Below, in pieces: positions 22,601 to 35,800 of a stretch of 64,000 bases of DNA. Where the stretch lies: positions 11,036,001 to 11,100,000 of the forward strand of contig JBHGNT010000014.1 of NCBI GenBank assembly GCA_043228905.1. Reading direction: 5' to 3'. The translations under genes and the position numbers were made by a program. The notes under the pieces were generated by a model, which was not told the origin of the DNA, ran no database searches, and worked only from the letters and a program-made list of their open reading frames with translations. How positions within the stretch are numbered: the first letter of the stretch is position 1; every line of letters starts with the position of its first letter. The stretch is from Azolla caroliniana (Eukaryota; Plantae; Polypodiophyta).

Positions 22601-24105
22601 GAAGGATACCAACGGGTTGCGACCATTACAAATGACCAACTCCTCAATCTCCAAAACAACCACATGGAACTCCAAGAAAGTTTAAACCGGTAGCTTGAAA
22701 TGTTGGAAGAGCCGTGTGGGACAAATATACATTGTCGGAGTTCCTCCACCGGCTACAAATATCTGCGGCACAAGACTAGGAACGCGAGCAAGAACGGTAG
22801 CTCCAAGAGTTAGCCACTAATTCGGATCGGATCCTCCGACGCTACGACCTGCATACAAAGGAAATGAAGACAAAGCTCGCTGAGAAAACCACGTTGTTCG
22901 AAATCATGAATGCCAAGCTCGAACAAGACACCGCAACAGGCATAGACGAACTGGACATCCTACGTGCCAAATACGAGATGGGCAAAGCACGCATCAAGGC
23001 AATAGTGGTAAAGCACCGGCTAACGCTGAATCAGAAGGTCGAAGAGGCACTAGTTCCCGGATGGAAAGAATGGTCGGCTCAAGCAGCCGAGTTACAGGTC
23101 TTCTGAGTGGATGCCGAAAACCGAAGAAAAGAAGGCCGCGGATTTTACAAAATGGACGAAAACAACATTTAGATCCTCCGCGAAGACCTCATCGAGGAAT
23201 TCCAAGCCTTAGCCCGAACACACACCAGGGCCATCAGAAACCTCCTCGAGGAATTTAACGATGATCAACTCCTACTCATGATCGAAATAGAGGGTTAGGA
23301 GCGTCGTGCCTCCAAACTGAAAAGGAAGCAGAAGCTGCGGCACAGGCCTCAGCAAGCAGGATGACCAAGGAAGCAACCCAAGAGCCAAAAGTAGAAGAGG
23401 TGACACGCTCCGGCCCGGAAATGGGACAAGTGGTTGAACATCCATAGAGCTAAAGCAGGAGGAAGCGACTTTGGTATCCACGGTGGTAACTCAAGACCAA
23501 TAGCTCAATTTGTTGACCGAGTAATACGTAGACGAGCCAAAATAGGAGGAGGCAACTCAATAGTCAGTGGAGCAAACGGAAGCCTAGGAGAACATGGAGC
23601 GATGGGCCGATTTGACAACTGACCTCAATCCAAGGGAGACAAAGCAACTAGAGGGAATCACATTCACTTTGGAAGAAGATTGAGTGTACAATAGCAATTT
23701 TTGGCTCTTTTCTCAATTTCGCGATTTCGATTTTTTTTCAGTGATTTTTGGGTTTAACGTGCAAGGAACTGTTCGACGGGCATGCCAACTGTTATCCGTG
23801 GGACAAAGGGCACGAGGTGTGAAACGAATCTAAAGAGATGTGAAGGTCAAGTAGGTAAAAAGGGAATCGGCCGAGCACTCATAGCCGAGGAAGGAGAACG
23901 AAATACATGCAACCGAGAATAAAGGGCGTAAAATTAGGAGGATATAGTTGGAGCACATGGGCTATATAAATTGTGGAATAGCATAAGGAAAAAGGGGAAT
24001 GAATATATGCATATGTTATGTTATAGAAGGAAGAAGAGAGTAACTAATATAATCGGCTTGTGTGCCTTGTAATCAATTTTATCCAGTAATCAATACATAC
24101 TTTGT
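16658..24105 (+). mobile_element. Non-chromoviral Ty3/gypsy deletion derivative (LTRs 16658-16994 and 23790-~24105) with a 3' extra ORF
   Basis: Two homologous LTRs starting TGTTAT(T/C)CGTGG. RT start RMNPNYAAKVKEEIHKLL..PKKNGQIRVCVDY at ~21036-21190, integrase tail to ~21650, degenerate coiled-coil ORF ~22100-23680. Confidence 0.8.
17135..20875 (+). mobile_element. Ty1/copia (Tnt1/Tork-like), 5'-truncated: INT (partly duplicated), RT, RNase H, PPT, 3' LTR 20354-20875
   Basis: QLDVKTMFLHGDLEEEI, SLYGLKQAPR, YVDDML, STTEAEY, DSQSAIHLAKN; PPT TGAAGGGGGAGAT; LTR homologous to families C and D. Confidence 0.9.
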
Positions 24106-24141
24106 TGGGTCATCTTTGTGTTTGTTTCTGTAATCTGTATT

Positions 24142-24740
24142 GGGTGAAATCATGGGAGTGGAAACAATTATCTGTCCTTGACATAGCTAATTAGTTATGC
24201 AAAAAACTACCAGTCTTTTTTGCACCATGAATGAAAACATTAGAATGTTTTAATTATATAAATAAGCACCATAAATGTGCAACATAAACGTGCACCATAA
24301 ATTATATACCAAATTACTAGGTCCATTATGTATGATCCATTGCCACATCATGTTGGCCATCACTTTGTGACTATTCAGGCTTAGATTAGTGCCATTGTTC
24401 GCTTCTATTGAGTTCACTGAGTGACGCATCACCATGGGAGTGAGCAGTGGCACAATTCAGTGGAACTTGCCTTAAACCATAAGGGGTATTCTCTGAGTTT
24501 CCTCCTTACCTTTAGTGAATGTGTCTTTCTTATCCTTCAACATTTGACGATGTTTCCTTTTTTCTTCTGCCCAATACTTTCGTATAGCTTCTTGTGTACG
24601 GATAACATCATCCCTATCCTGAGGATCCATGAGGGTTGTTGGTAAACACCGTCCTTCCCCTTCCATTTGGCTTGAGATATTCATTAGTAAATTGAAACAA
24701 AAAATAGACACGTGGCTAGTTACTAAACCACATGCAAACC
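24142..24740. mobile_element. Left end of a TIR DNA element related to the MITE at 57060
   Basis: GGGTGAAATCATGGGAGTGGAAACAATT..TGTCCTTGACATAGCTAATTAG matches the TIR and subterminal region of 57060-57356. The right end was not found. Confidence 0.6.
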
Positions 24741-27700
24741 AGTTATTGACAAACGAAGATTATAAACAGTGGCAACAATCCAGGACTGAACTGTGGTGGC
24801 AACTAAGTGTAGAATGATGAAAATGGAGGAGTGAACTCCATCGGATTGAATAGTGGCAACAATCAAAGACCGAACAGTGGCGGCAACAAAGTGTAGAATG
24901 GCGCAACAAAGTCTCTCTCTTACTCTCTCTCTGTTTCGCTCAGTGCAACACTTTGTTATGTTCTACACATATCACACTATGTTTGCCCTAGGTGTATTTA
25001 TACTCATACACAATATGGGCTATATACAAATATAGCTTTCATTATTACTATTATTACTAATCTCAGTTGATCAGCAGACTAATCAACTCCTATGTCAATT
25101 TTGCAGTTGGCCCGACTAGTTGACTCCCATGTCAGCTATCCAGTTGACCTGACTAGTTTCCAACCTTCTCCTTGACCTGGAGCATCCATGATGTAGTTGA
25201 CTCTCTCTATCTCATTCAGAGTAGTCGACAAACCTGTCGACTCACTAGTCGATCCGACCGAGTATTCAGTGTTGGCTTGTGTCTGTTTGACTCTTGACTT
25301 CTCACATAGGAGGGACATATTCGTAACAAACTCCCCCTTCACTCCTATGTGGAGGAGTCAGTCATTCTAGTCTCTAGTTGACAGACTCTGAGTCTGTCCA
25401 TAGGTAGGTTTTGTTAGGAATTCGGTCCCTTCGAATGGGATCCGGTTCAGGGACATATTTGTAAATTTGTTTCTTATGTGCCTATCATGGCTATAGTTGT
25501 AAATAGTTCTAAAGTCATATAAGTATAAATATGACTTAGGGAAACCACTTTGATAAAAGGTTGTAGTTGTTGGTGTTGTTATTATTTTGTATAGAGAGAG
25601 AGACATAGAGAGAGGGAGAGATACAAAAAGTATTTTCTGTTGTAACTGCCGGTTGGGAAGCTAGAGCTCAAGGTCGTTGCCTCTGAGTGTCACATTGTTG
25701 TATCCCTTATCTATAGTGATCTTGTTTGGAGTTCATGGGCTCCCGTGGTTTTTCCCGTTTATGGTTTTCCATGTAAACATCTTGTGTCCTCTCTGTTGTT
25801 TGTGTAAGTGTATTAATCTGCATTTCTGTTTTGATCTTCCATTGAGCGTTCAACTCGGTTATGTCCGAGTGTCTATTTCGCACAAACTGGTATTAGAGTG
25901 AACAACAAATGGAAGAGTCATTCGGAAGCATTTTCAAGCTCACCGGCTCCAACTACCCAGTGTGGATTAAAGTTGAAGATGAGGGACATGCTAGTGGTTA
26001 AAGATCTCTGGTTGCCGGTACAGTTTGGAGACAAGAAGCCAAACAAGATCGATGCCACAATGTGGGAGGTGATGCATATGAAGACAAAAACATCCATCAA
26101 GTGCTTCATCGACATGAGCCTGTACAACAACTTCAATGAAGAAAGCAAGGCTCATGTGCTTTGGGAGAAAGTCGACATTATGTTGGATAGTAAAAACGCC
26201 GTAAATCGGGTTTCAGTATTCCTGAAGTTAGTGAGACTCCGGTACTAAGATGGATCTAGAATGGCGGAGCACATGAATGCACTCCAACATGGCCGAGCAC
26301 ATGGCTGGAAGTACCTCTTGCCGATGAGGTACTTCTGTTGCTCTTGCTCGATTCCATCCCGAATAGTTTTCACTTTGGGCAACGCCGGGCCGGAAGGAAA
26401 ACAGTTGTCCATAGCAAGGGTAAAATCAAGCTGGATGCATGAAGACGCTCGCCGGAAGGACTGGGATTTTGGAACCGATCCAAAGGCCTTGGTGGATGAC
26501 CATAATTGGGGAAGATGCCGGAATTAGAGTCCCGAGGACCGGGTCAAATCGGGGACGAGGTCGAAGTCAAGAGGGAGGCCTATGTGCTTCTATTGTGGGA
26601 AGCCGTGGCACTTCTAGAAGAATTGCTGACAGTTCCGGAAAGCCAAATGGGGAACCGACGGTCCAGAACCAAAGAAGATTCCGTAGAGAAGAGGAACGTC
26701 GGCGATAGCGACAAGTGAAGAAGAACGGTTGGTAATCACAAAGGAGAGTGAGCTGCATCTTGTTAGCGACGAAACGACATGGGTGGTTGACTCTGGTGCG
26801 TCGTTCCATCTGATCCCCGACCAGAAGTGCTTCTCATCATATAGAGCCAGAGATCGTGGGTCTGTCCGGATGGGAAATGAAGGTCCATGCCGAATTGTCG
26901 GCATAGCAGATGTGTGGTTGACGATGTCAACCGGGTGTAGATTGTAGTCCAAGGATGTCCGACATGTTATAGAGGTTCAATTGAACGTGATATTAGCTGG
27001 TAGGCTGGATGATGAAGGCTACATAAGTTGCATCCGGAACAGAGTCATGAGGTTTTGCAAAGGAAGATTGATCATGGCCCAAGCCCGGAAGCTCAACACT
27101 CTATACCTGATGTATGCCCAAATTTGTCGGGAAGCAGTGAACGTGGCATCCGAAAATGCCAGTGAGTTGTGGCACAAGAGGTTGTGTCACTTGAGCCAGA
27201 AAGGGAGGAGAAGACTTACTGAAGATAACCTCATTCCGGAGGTGAAAGACATGCATCTTGAGATGTGCACTGATTGCTTGGCATGCAAGCAGACCGAACG
27301 TCTTTCCGGTCGAGAGCACCGTCGAGACAGAATGCACCATTGTAACTTGTCCATAACAATGTATGCCAAGTGGACACGATGCCACATGCCGAATCACAGT
27401 ACTTCGTGACGTTCATAGACGACCATAGCCGGAAGCTGTGGGTCTCACCACTAAAGAAGGACCAGGTAGCATCCCTCTTCAAGGAATTCCACACGGGAGT
27501 GGAAAGGGAAACCAGCTGGAAGCTAAAGGCAGTTCGAGCCAAAAAATGGAGGAGAATACCGGGGGCAATTCAAGGAGTACTTTCAGTGGAAGGGAATCCG
27601 GATCGAATTTACCGTGCCGAAGAAGTTTGAACTAAATGGATTGGCCGAAAGGATGAACCAGACTGTGATGGAGAGAGTCCAGAGCATGTTGGCACATGCC

Positions 27701-29760
27701 AAGTTACTCAAGACATTTTAGGTTGAGGCACTCATGACAGAGACGTACGTGATAAATAGATCACCCTCAGCACCCTTGGAGAGTATGGATCGGTAAAGGC
27801 GTGTCTTACCAGCATCTGAAGGTGTTCGGTTGTCTCACCTACACACATGTTGCAAAGGACAACACAACGAAATTGGATCCGAAGTCCCTACCATGGATAT
27901 TACTTAGATATGGTGATGATGAGTTCGGCTATCCAGTGTGGGACTTGGTCAACAAGGTCTTTTGGAGTCAAGACATAGTCTTCATGAAAGACAAGAACAT
28001 TGCCAACTGGGAGTTGAAGAAGAAGATGATGGACTCCAGGCCAACTGACTGAGATTGGTTGAAGGATACAAGGACCGATCTGGTCGGAAGCCGTATGACA
28101 TTTGAAGAACTGGCCGGATTTGGACAAGAAACCGAACCGACCAAAGAAGAAGAATTGGACACTAGAACTGGAGAAGACCACAAATCGGATTTGGATTCGG
28201 AATAGATGGAGAAACCGGTGTGTGAAGACCAAGGAAGAAGATACCCTCTGAGAGAGAGAAGGCCCCCCCGGATATTTCCGGATCCCGAGAATGTGTTGTT
28301 GACCGATGAGGGGGAGCCGGAAAGCTTCGAAGAAGTAAAGAAAGACACCCACAATCACAAGTGGTTAAGTGCCATGCAGGATGAGATGGATTCCCTGCAT
28401 GAGAACTACACATATGAATTGACGGAGTTGTCAAAAGGAAAGAGAGCACTCCGGAACAAGTGGGTGTACAAGCTGAAACTGGGAGACACCAGAAATCCAC
28501 AAAGGTACAGGCGTGGAGCTTGTTTCAGACCATACAAGGTTTTCCTTAGTTGACACACCAGATTCTCTTTTACTTTCTCCACGAAGCCTTCGGGATGCTG
28601 CATATAGATCTTTTTGTCAAATTCCCGATGCAAGAATGATATCTTGACATCTAACTGTTCAATCTCTAGATCCATAACGGCAACTATGCTTAGAACAGTT
28701 CGGATGGATGTCATCTTCACAACTCGAGTGAATATCTCGTCAAAGTTGACACGCTTTTTCTGTTGAAATCCCTTTACCACAATGTGGGCTTTATATTTAG
28801 GTGTGATGTCGACTTCTCCAGTTTTCACCTTGTAGACCCATTTGTTTCGAAGTGCTCTCTTCCCTTTTGACAGCTCAACCAGGTCATAGGTGTAATTTCC
28901 ATGCAACGATTCCATCTCATCTTGCATTGCACTCAACCATTTCTCTTTGTGCTCATCGGTTATGGCTTCATCATAGCATTCCGACTCATCTTCATCAATC
29001 AAGAGGACGTATTAATTGGTGAATCGAGTGGGTTCTCTCTTTGCTCTAAGTGGATATCTCCTACCTCCCATTGTCAGCTCAGGTTTAGATGTCTTTGCCG
29101 ACTCTTCATTCACCTCGGGTTCATGCATGTTGGTCGGTTGTTGGAGTTATATTGACTCTGACTATTATGCCTTAACCGACTTGTGTAGCTCTATTGATTC
29201 TGACTCATATGCCTTAATCGACTCTTGTAGCTCTATCGACTCCTTCTCATATGTATTAGTCGGTTGCTCTGAGTCAACCATCTCAGATTCGGTTGTTCCG
29301 ATTGGCTGTCTTCTAACAATCGACTGTGTCGTGTCGACTAATCCTGTGTTCAAAGTCGGACGGGAAGATGACCCTAGTTGCTGCGGTTTCCAGTCTTCGA
29401 TTGTCTTGTCCTCCATGAACACTATGTGTCAACTCCTCACAATCTTCTTATCAAGAAAGTCCCACATCCTGTAGCCGAATTCATCCTCAGAGTATCCAAG
29501 GAATATGCATGGTTTCGACTTTCTGTTGAGCTTCGACCTCTGGTCCTTAGCTACGTGCATATATACCAGGCATTTGAACACCTTCCGGTGTTGGTAGGAG
29601 ACATCTTTACCTGTCCACACCTTTTGCAGGACATCACCTTTCAGAGGCACTAAGAGAGACCCGTTGAGCAGATAAACAACCATGTACATCGCCTCAGCCC
29701 AATATGATTTTGACAACCTTGCATGCGACAACATGCTTCTCACTCTCTCCATTATCGTCT
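24741..29760 (-). mobile_element. Ty1/copia (family G), fragmented: INT-RT 28510-29760, RNase H tail 25342-25411, PPT, 3' LTR ~24741-25328
   Basis: KWLSAMQDEMESL, QLDVK, LYGLKQAPR on the minus strand; PPT TGAAGGGGGAGTT next to TGTTACG at 25328. The left LTR boundary is approximate. Confidence 0.75.
25412..28508 (+). mobile_element. Ty1/copia (Tork-like), 3'-truncated: 5' LTR 25412-25884, PBS 25888, gag, PR, INT, RT start
   Basis: PBS TGGTATTAGAG, gag KMRDMLVVKDLWLPVQ, zinc knuckle CFYCGKPWH, PR WVVDSGASFH, LWHKRLCH, FVTFIDDHSRK. Confidence 0.88.
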
Positions 29761-29794
29761 GATCTTTACATAGCCATAGTCACTGACTGTGTAA

Positions 29795-32790
29795 GACGAG
29801 AATTAGAATTTATATTGTCCATAAAGTGACCAATTTTGACCTATGGGACCATCGTATACATGTGTTCTTGATATGTGTCTCCTTCCTATGAAGGGGTATA
29901 TATATATTGAAGCACAAAGTCTCTATGTGTGAATAAAGCATGCACATATGAGCTCAACCTTCTTAGAGGTGTCTTAAGTATGGCACTTATCACTCCCTCT
30001 TAGTATGTCAGCATATCTTGAACGAATTGCACTATATGTTAAGCATGTGAGGAGCAAGTGACATTCATCCTCTACCATGCCTTCATTGGATATTTTGCAT
30101 GTCCTCAAAACAGTTACATTTTGATACCATGATGCAACTTCAATACCTAGCTTGTGAGATCGAGTGCGAAGTAGTGTAAGGTCTCTACAAGCATTACTAC
30201 TCATATTGGTAATGAGATAAGATTGGATATAATCGATAGGAATTCTTGCTTTATATTGAGACCAACATTCAGGGTTGACATTTGCCATGTAGTATTCTAG
30301 ATTTGTCCTCTTAGCATCTTCCCACTCCATCCTTAATGATTCCACCAACCTTTCCTCAATCATTACATACTACATAGCATTGAACGAAAGCTCTAAAAGA
30401 TCATCCAAACCCCATCCTCTAAACCATTTCCTTATGTCAACAACCCAACCGGATCAGAGAATCTTACTTCTATGATTCTTTTGTAGCTGACATCCAACAT
30501 TCCAAGCAACATGTGGTAATCGATGATTCAACATATTCTTTACTTTTGTAATGTATTTATATACTCTTTGGAGTGCCGATAGTTCTATGGGTCAAACACT
30601 TGTTTCCAAGAGCATAACCTGGTAAGGGGTAGTGCATTTAACTCCTAATTGGCTTCTCAAAAACATCTTTTGAATTTTCTCGATCTCATTCCATGCATTA
30701 AGAGAGATGGTGCCACCCCACACTTCTACTCCATAACACAATACTTGAGTTACCATGGCATTGAACAACATTAGTTTTACTTCCCATCCACAAGTATCAC
30801 TTTGGTTGCATTGGTTCTCCAAAAGGTAATACGATTTCCAACGAGCTTGGAGCCTAGAATCAAAGCATGCACTCCATTTATTTGTGGCAGGTACATCAAT
30901 ACCAAGATATTTAAAGCTTGGAAGAAATTGTATATGTTCACCTCTATATGTGAGCATAGGGTAATGATGAGGTTGGATGGTTTGCACTACCATCATTTTT
31001 GTTTACATTTCTCCACATTCACTGCTAGTCCACTACTATGGCAAAATTCATCTAATACCCCAAGTAAATTTTGGATACTATCAACATCATATGAGAAGAG
31101 TACCACATCATATGCATATAGAAGCAATAAGATAACATGTTGCATCAATTTGGGGGCATTCAATCCTTCTTCTCTTGCAACCTTATTCACCACTTCTTCT
31201 AATTTATCAATGCATAAGCCAAAGAGTGTTGGTGATAGTGGACATCCTTGCTTGACCACCATGTTACTTAAAAAGTGCTTTGAGAATCCACTATCCATTT
31301 CTAGTTGGCATTTAACTTGTTCATATAGGCATGCAACAACAACTCGGTACTCTAATGGTATGTCAATCTCTACCATTCTATTCCAAAGCTCACTTCATGG
31401 TACGGTATCAAATGCTTTCTTAAAATCAAGAAAACAACAATAAAGTGTTTTTCCTTGTAGTTGACTCTCTTCCATGATTACTCTCAATGTGATCAAATGA
31501 TCCAGAGTGGAATGTTTTGGTCTAAATCCTACTTGCCCAAGTGCTCTTTTGCTTGTACTTTCAGCCCATGTGCTTATCTTTTGCTCCATAATAGTGCTAT
31601 ATAATCTAGCAATAGTTAAGCTCACCATTATTGTACGATAATTTGATACTTGAATCTTATCTCTAGCTTTAAATATTGGTTTAATCCAATTTATAAGCCA
31701 ATCATTTGGACATCCTTGTTTTATAGCTTGCTCGATAATTGTCATTATCCAATGACGAGTATGTGGCATTGTCCATTTTAAAATCTCACATGAGACGTAG
31801 GTTGCATCTACAACTTTCCCACTAGCCATCTTCTTTATTCCCTTATTGATAACATCAAGATCAATACATGTAGTGAATGGTGTTTCAATTTTCTCAACTA
31901 TAGGAGCGACACCTTCATGCATATATAGCCTTTGTACAAACTCTAACATCTCTTTATTTGTAACGTGGCATTTCACATTGTCTTTCTTACTCTTGGGTTG
32001 TCCCCATGCTAATTTTGGCTTGAGCTTAAACAAGTTTTACTTTTCATCTCTTGCATTTGGAAATATCTTCTTTCCTTTCTCGACACTACATTCTTATATA
32101 GGTGGCATGCAACAATCTTTTCATTTCCCCGCTCTATAGACTTAAACCATTTGAGATACATCTTAAATTCATCGTCGAACCAAGAATTACATGGAAAACT
32201 ACACATTTTATGCCCAACCACATGCCTCTTAAAGTATTGATACCCAACCTTAAGGATGATATCCTTCAAATGTTACCAATTTTCTTTAACATCGTTAGTT
32301 AGAGAAAAATTTAACAAATGGTTCTCCACTTCATTTGCATACATCTTAGCTTTTTCATAGCAAGGTCAGATGTACATCTCTTTTCATCTTTCACTCCATG
32401 GCATCTATTGGTGAAATGTAGAATTGCAACCTCTAAGTACAATGGCTTGTGGACTGAGTCTGGAGATAGCGAACCAATGTTAAACACATTCACCAATGAT
32501 AGATCACATGCCAACATTAATGCGTAATCACCCACACTTCCTCCACCCGAGGATGGTAAACATGTGAGCACATTTGTCAATGGGAATGCCTTTATACCAT
32601 TTAGGATAATCAAATTTGTGCAATTTAACATATGTATCAAAAGTTTTGCATAATCTAACATGACACAATCCTCTCAGTCCCGCAATAGTCAATGTTCTAC
32701 TACATTTTCTTCAAATGTCTCCACATTTTGGAAATTTCCAACTCCTGCATTGAAGTCTCCCATAATTAAAACTTTACCAAGCTTCTCACG
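29795..32790 (-). mobile_element. RTE/RTEX-like LINE pseudogene (APE endonuclease, RT, C-terminal Zn knuckle)
   Basis: GKVLIMGDFNA, GGGSVGDY, NYRTI, QVGFR, FLDFKKAFDTVP, KQGCPLSPTLF, LLYAYD, FKYLG, C..VEDECHLLLTC; (AATTCT)n-like tail. Confidence 0.87.
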
Positions 32791-32803
32791 AGGAATGTAC
32801 AAA

Positions 32804-35800
32804 ATCGAGTGTGGTTCTTCACACACAATATGAAACAATAATAGTGAAGATATTATTTTATATTAGTTTACTATCTTGGTACGAAAAGATAGATGTCTTC
32901 AAGAGCTTCCAAATGCATTTTACTACATGTGAAACGAACAACTTAGTGTCAAGTTATGTGAGTGTGAAGTTGGAGAAGAAGAAGAGGAAAACAAAACTCT
33001 GAGATATCCCACATAGATAGGACAACATCAAGATTCAAGAGTATATAAGTAGAGCTATATCTCTTTATATTTCATCTATGTTCTAGGAGCACAAAAAGGT
33101 TGGGTTGTATAACTTGGATAAATGCATGCGTCCAAGTTATTCAAATAGTGTGTTGGACGGAACCGGACGGCGACGGAACCGGACTGGATCGGATGGACCG
33201 GATCACCGGGTCGGATGTTGACCGGATGGACCGGATAGACGGGTCGATCAGATAAGTTGATCGCGAAGCACGGTGTCTTGAAGATTTTCGATGTGAAACG
33301 AAAAAAAAACCCAAGTCATTTCTTTAAGTTATATTTTATCATTATACTTTCACATGTAAATTCTCATACATGAGCACTTGAATGAGTCACATGGTTATCA
33401 TGCAACACATGTAATGCATGAGCGCCAAATGGCAAACATGCATCTCATGCATTTTATGCATTACATGCATGTCTTACACCCTCACATGCATCATATGCAT
33501 GGGGGCATCTATAAAAGAGTGGATAAAGAAGAAAAACGAGCTATGTATTAATCAAGATTTTAATAAGAAAAAATAATTCGTTATCCAATTGATAATATAT
33601 CGTGTTCCTCAAATCTAAAGTCAAGGGTTCAATCTTAATCTCTCTCTCCATTTCAATCTCTCTCAATCTAAAGTCAAGTGTTCTTTCTTATCTCAATCTC
33701 TCTCTTTCAATCTATCTTAAATACTTTCTCGCTAAAGTTAGTGCAAACTTCGAATACTTCCGGTCCAGAACCTCAGCGGTTCCGCCTCACGATCCGCACG
33801 TAGTGACGGATTTTTCACGGCAGCGCGCGAACACATCTATGGTTTGGTTGCGACGCACGTACGGATTACGCATGAGCTGAACTTTATGGATGATTGTGGA
33901 TCATGTGGCCGAATTATATGAACGGTCGCATGCAACTAAAAGTAAAGGTCAAGCAACTAAAAGTAAAGGTGGAGCAACTAAACAAGGAGGCCATGCAACT
34001 AAAAATAAAGGCTAAGCAACTAAAAATGGAGGCCATGCAACTAAAAGTGGATGCATGCAAAGTAACATGGGAGGCTATGATCAACAAGGAACTTTGTATA
34101 TGTTCCACTTTTTTTCTCTAGTTTTTTTTCCCCATTCTCTTCTTCTCTCTCCCATTCCTTGGGGAAGAATAATCTCTCATATTCATATAGAACCACTCCT
34201 TACATGGTAGTGGGCTATTTTCTTCCAAGAATAATCTCTCATATTCATATCAGACAACTCCTTACATGGTTGTTGGCTTGTTTCTCTCAAGAATGATCTT
34301 TCATATTCATATCCAGTCCGTTGCAACATGATTCTAGAATTATAAAGAATCCATTTTCTTTTGCAGTAAACAAATATTTTCTTTTACCTACTTGTCTCAT
34401 GTGTAAATCTTGCTTGTGCTAAGCATGTGAGCCTTAATTCCTTCCAGTTCATAATCCCGGTGGTTCCACATCACGATCCACACATAATGACGGATTTTTC
34501 ACGACATAATTAATTGGTGAACCCGACGTGAGGAGGCGATATGGAGGATATCAAGTGCAACGATGGCTTCGACAAGCGGAACTCAAGGAGAGGAATTAAC
34601 GAAAGGCATGGTGTCTGTCGTGCAATACATGCTGAAAGTGGGAGATCGAGAGGCTTTAATCGACAAAGCTATTGATCGAACAGTCGAGATAGCTACACGA
34701 TTTGGTGGCAAGAACATCATGGATTTCCTTGCTACCTATCAGAATGAGATGCAACAGAGGGATGTCAACGATTTCAAACAAATTTCTAGCTTCAAACGTG
34801 TGGTGGAACCAGGGATCCGTGAGCGCGTCAGGGTGAAGTTCGAAAAGGTGCTTCTCACTGAATACATGCTTGAAGACTCGTCACGGATGACTCGGCATAT
34901 GTTAATGATTTGGATCGATAAGAAAAGGAAGAATCTATGTGTGTTGGGAGTATATGCGGAATTCGACTAGAATTACAATTGACTTCCAAGTGCTAATCAA
35001 CAAGTTCTCGATGGAGATAAAGTCTTGCTATTTCTAAAGGTAGTGGATACGAAAGACCAGTGAGAATTGGGCAGTTTTTTGGAGGACGAAACACAACCAA
35101 ATGGCTTGGTAGTGGACTGGGCGGCGGTGAAGAAGGCTTGTAGCCGTCTTGATAAGCGTCAACAATGGCAAGAGGAAACTGATATGGAGAATCCACAATT
35201 GTGGAGAAGGAAGGCACCTGTGACGGTCAAGCCTAACAAACCAATCAACAATTTTGACATGAAAGAGATGGAGGACTCTATAATCGAAGAGCTCTCCAAG
35301 TAGTTTGAAGCGGTATCGATGGCCAACTTAGGTCGACGCAAGCCCAAGGGAAAAGAAGCGTATAGATGTGTGTGGTGTGATAGCTTCAAGCACTCGCAAA
35401 GGGAGTGCACTGACTTGCAAGACGCAATTTGCAAGAATGTCGTTTATTTGGATGACAACATGATTCATTCGAGCGAGACCCGAAAGACACTATGAGTGAA
35501 CTTCGGAAGAGGCGGGCTGAAAAAGATCGTGGAGGAGGAAAACGCAAGGCATGTGGAAGCTATGCACTATGCCGCATTGGCCGGGATACGAGTTGGATGA
35601 GAGAATCTAAAGATGATCAAGCTGGGAGCTGGGTTTTGGCTGATAGTCTTCGAGTGCTAAAAGAAAGGAAAAATCGATTTGGAGGATCTAAAACTTTCTA
35701 ATTGAAATGTGCGACGAGTTATCGGATGGTCGGATCCAGTCGACGATAACACAAGCTTTGCGGAGGTTGTGTGTGACAACTATGAAGCTCTTGTCGAAGA

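Noticed and set aside
33894-34121. Coiled-coil-like ORF (MQLKVK repeats), also at 36279 and 53281
   Set aside because: Translation of GCAACTAAAA tandem repeats inside LTRs; the frame differs among copies.
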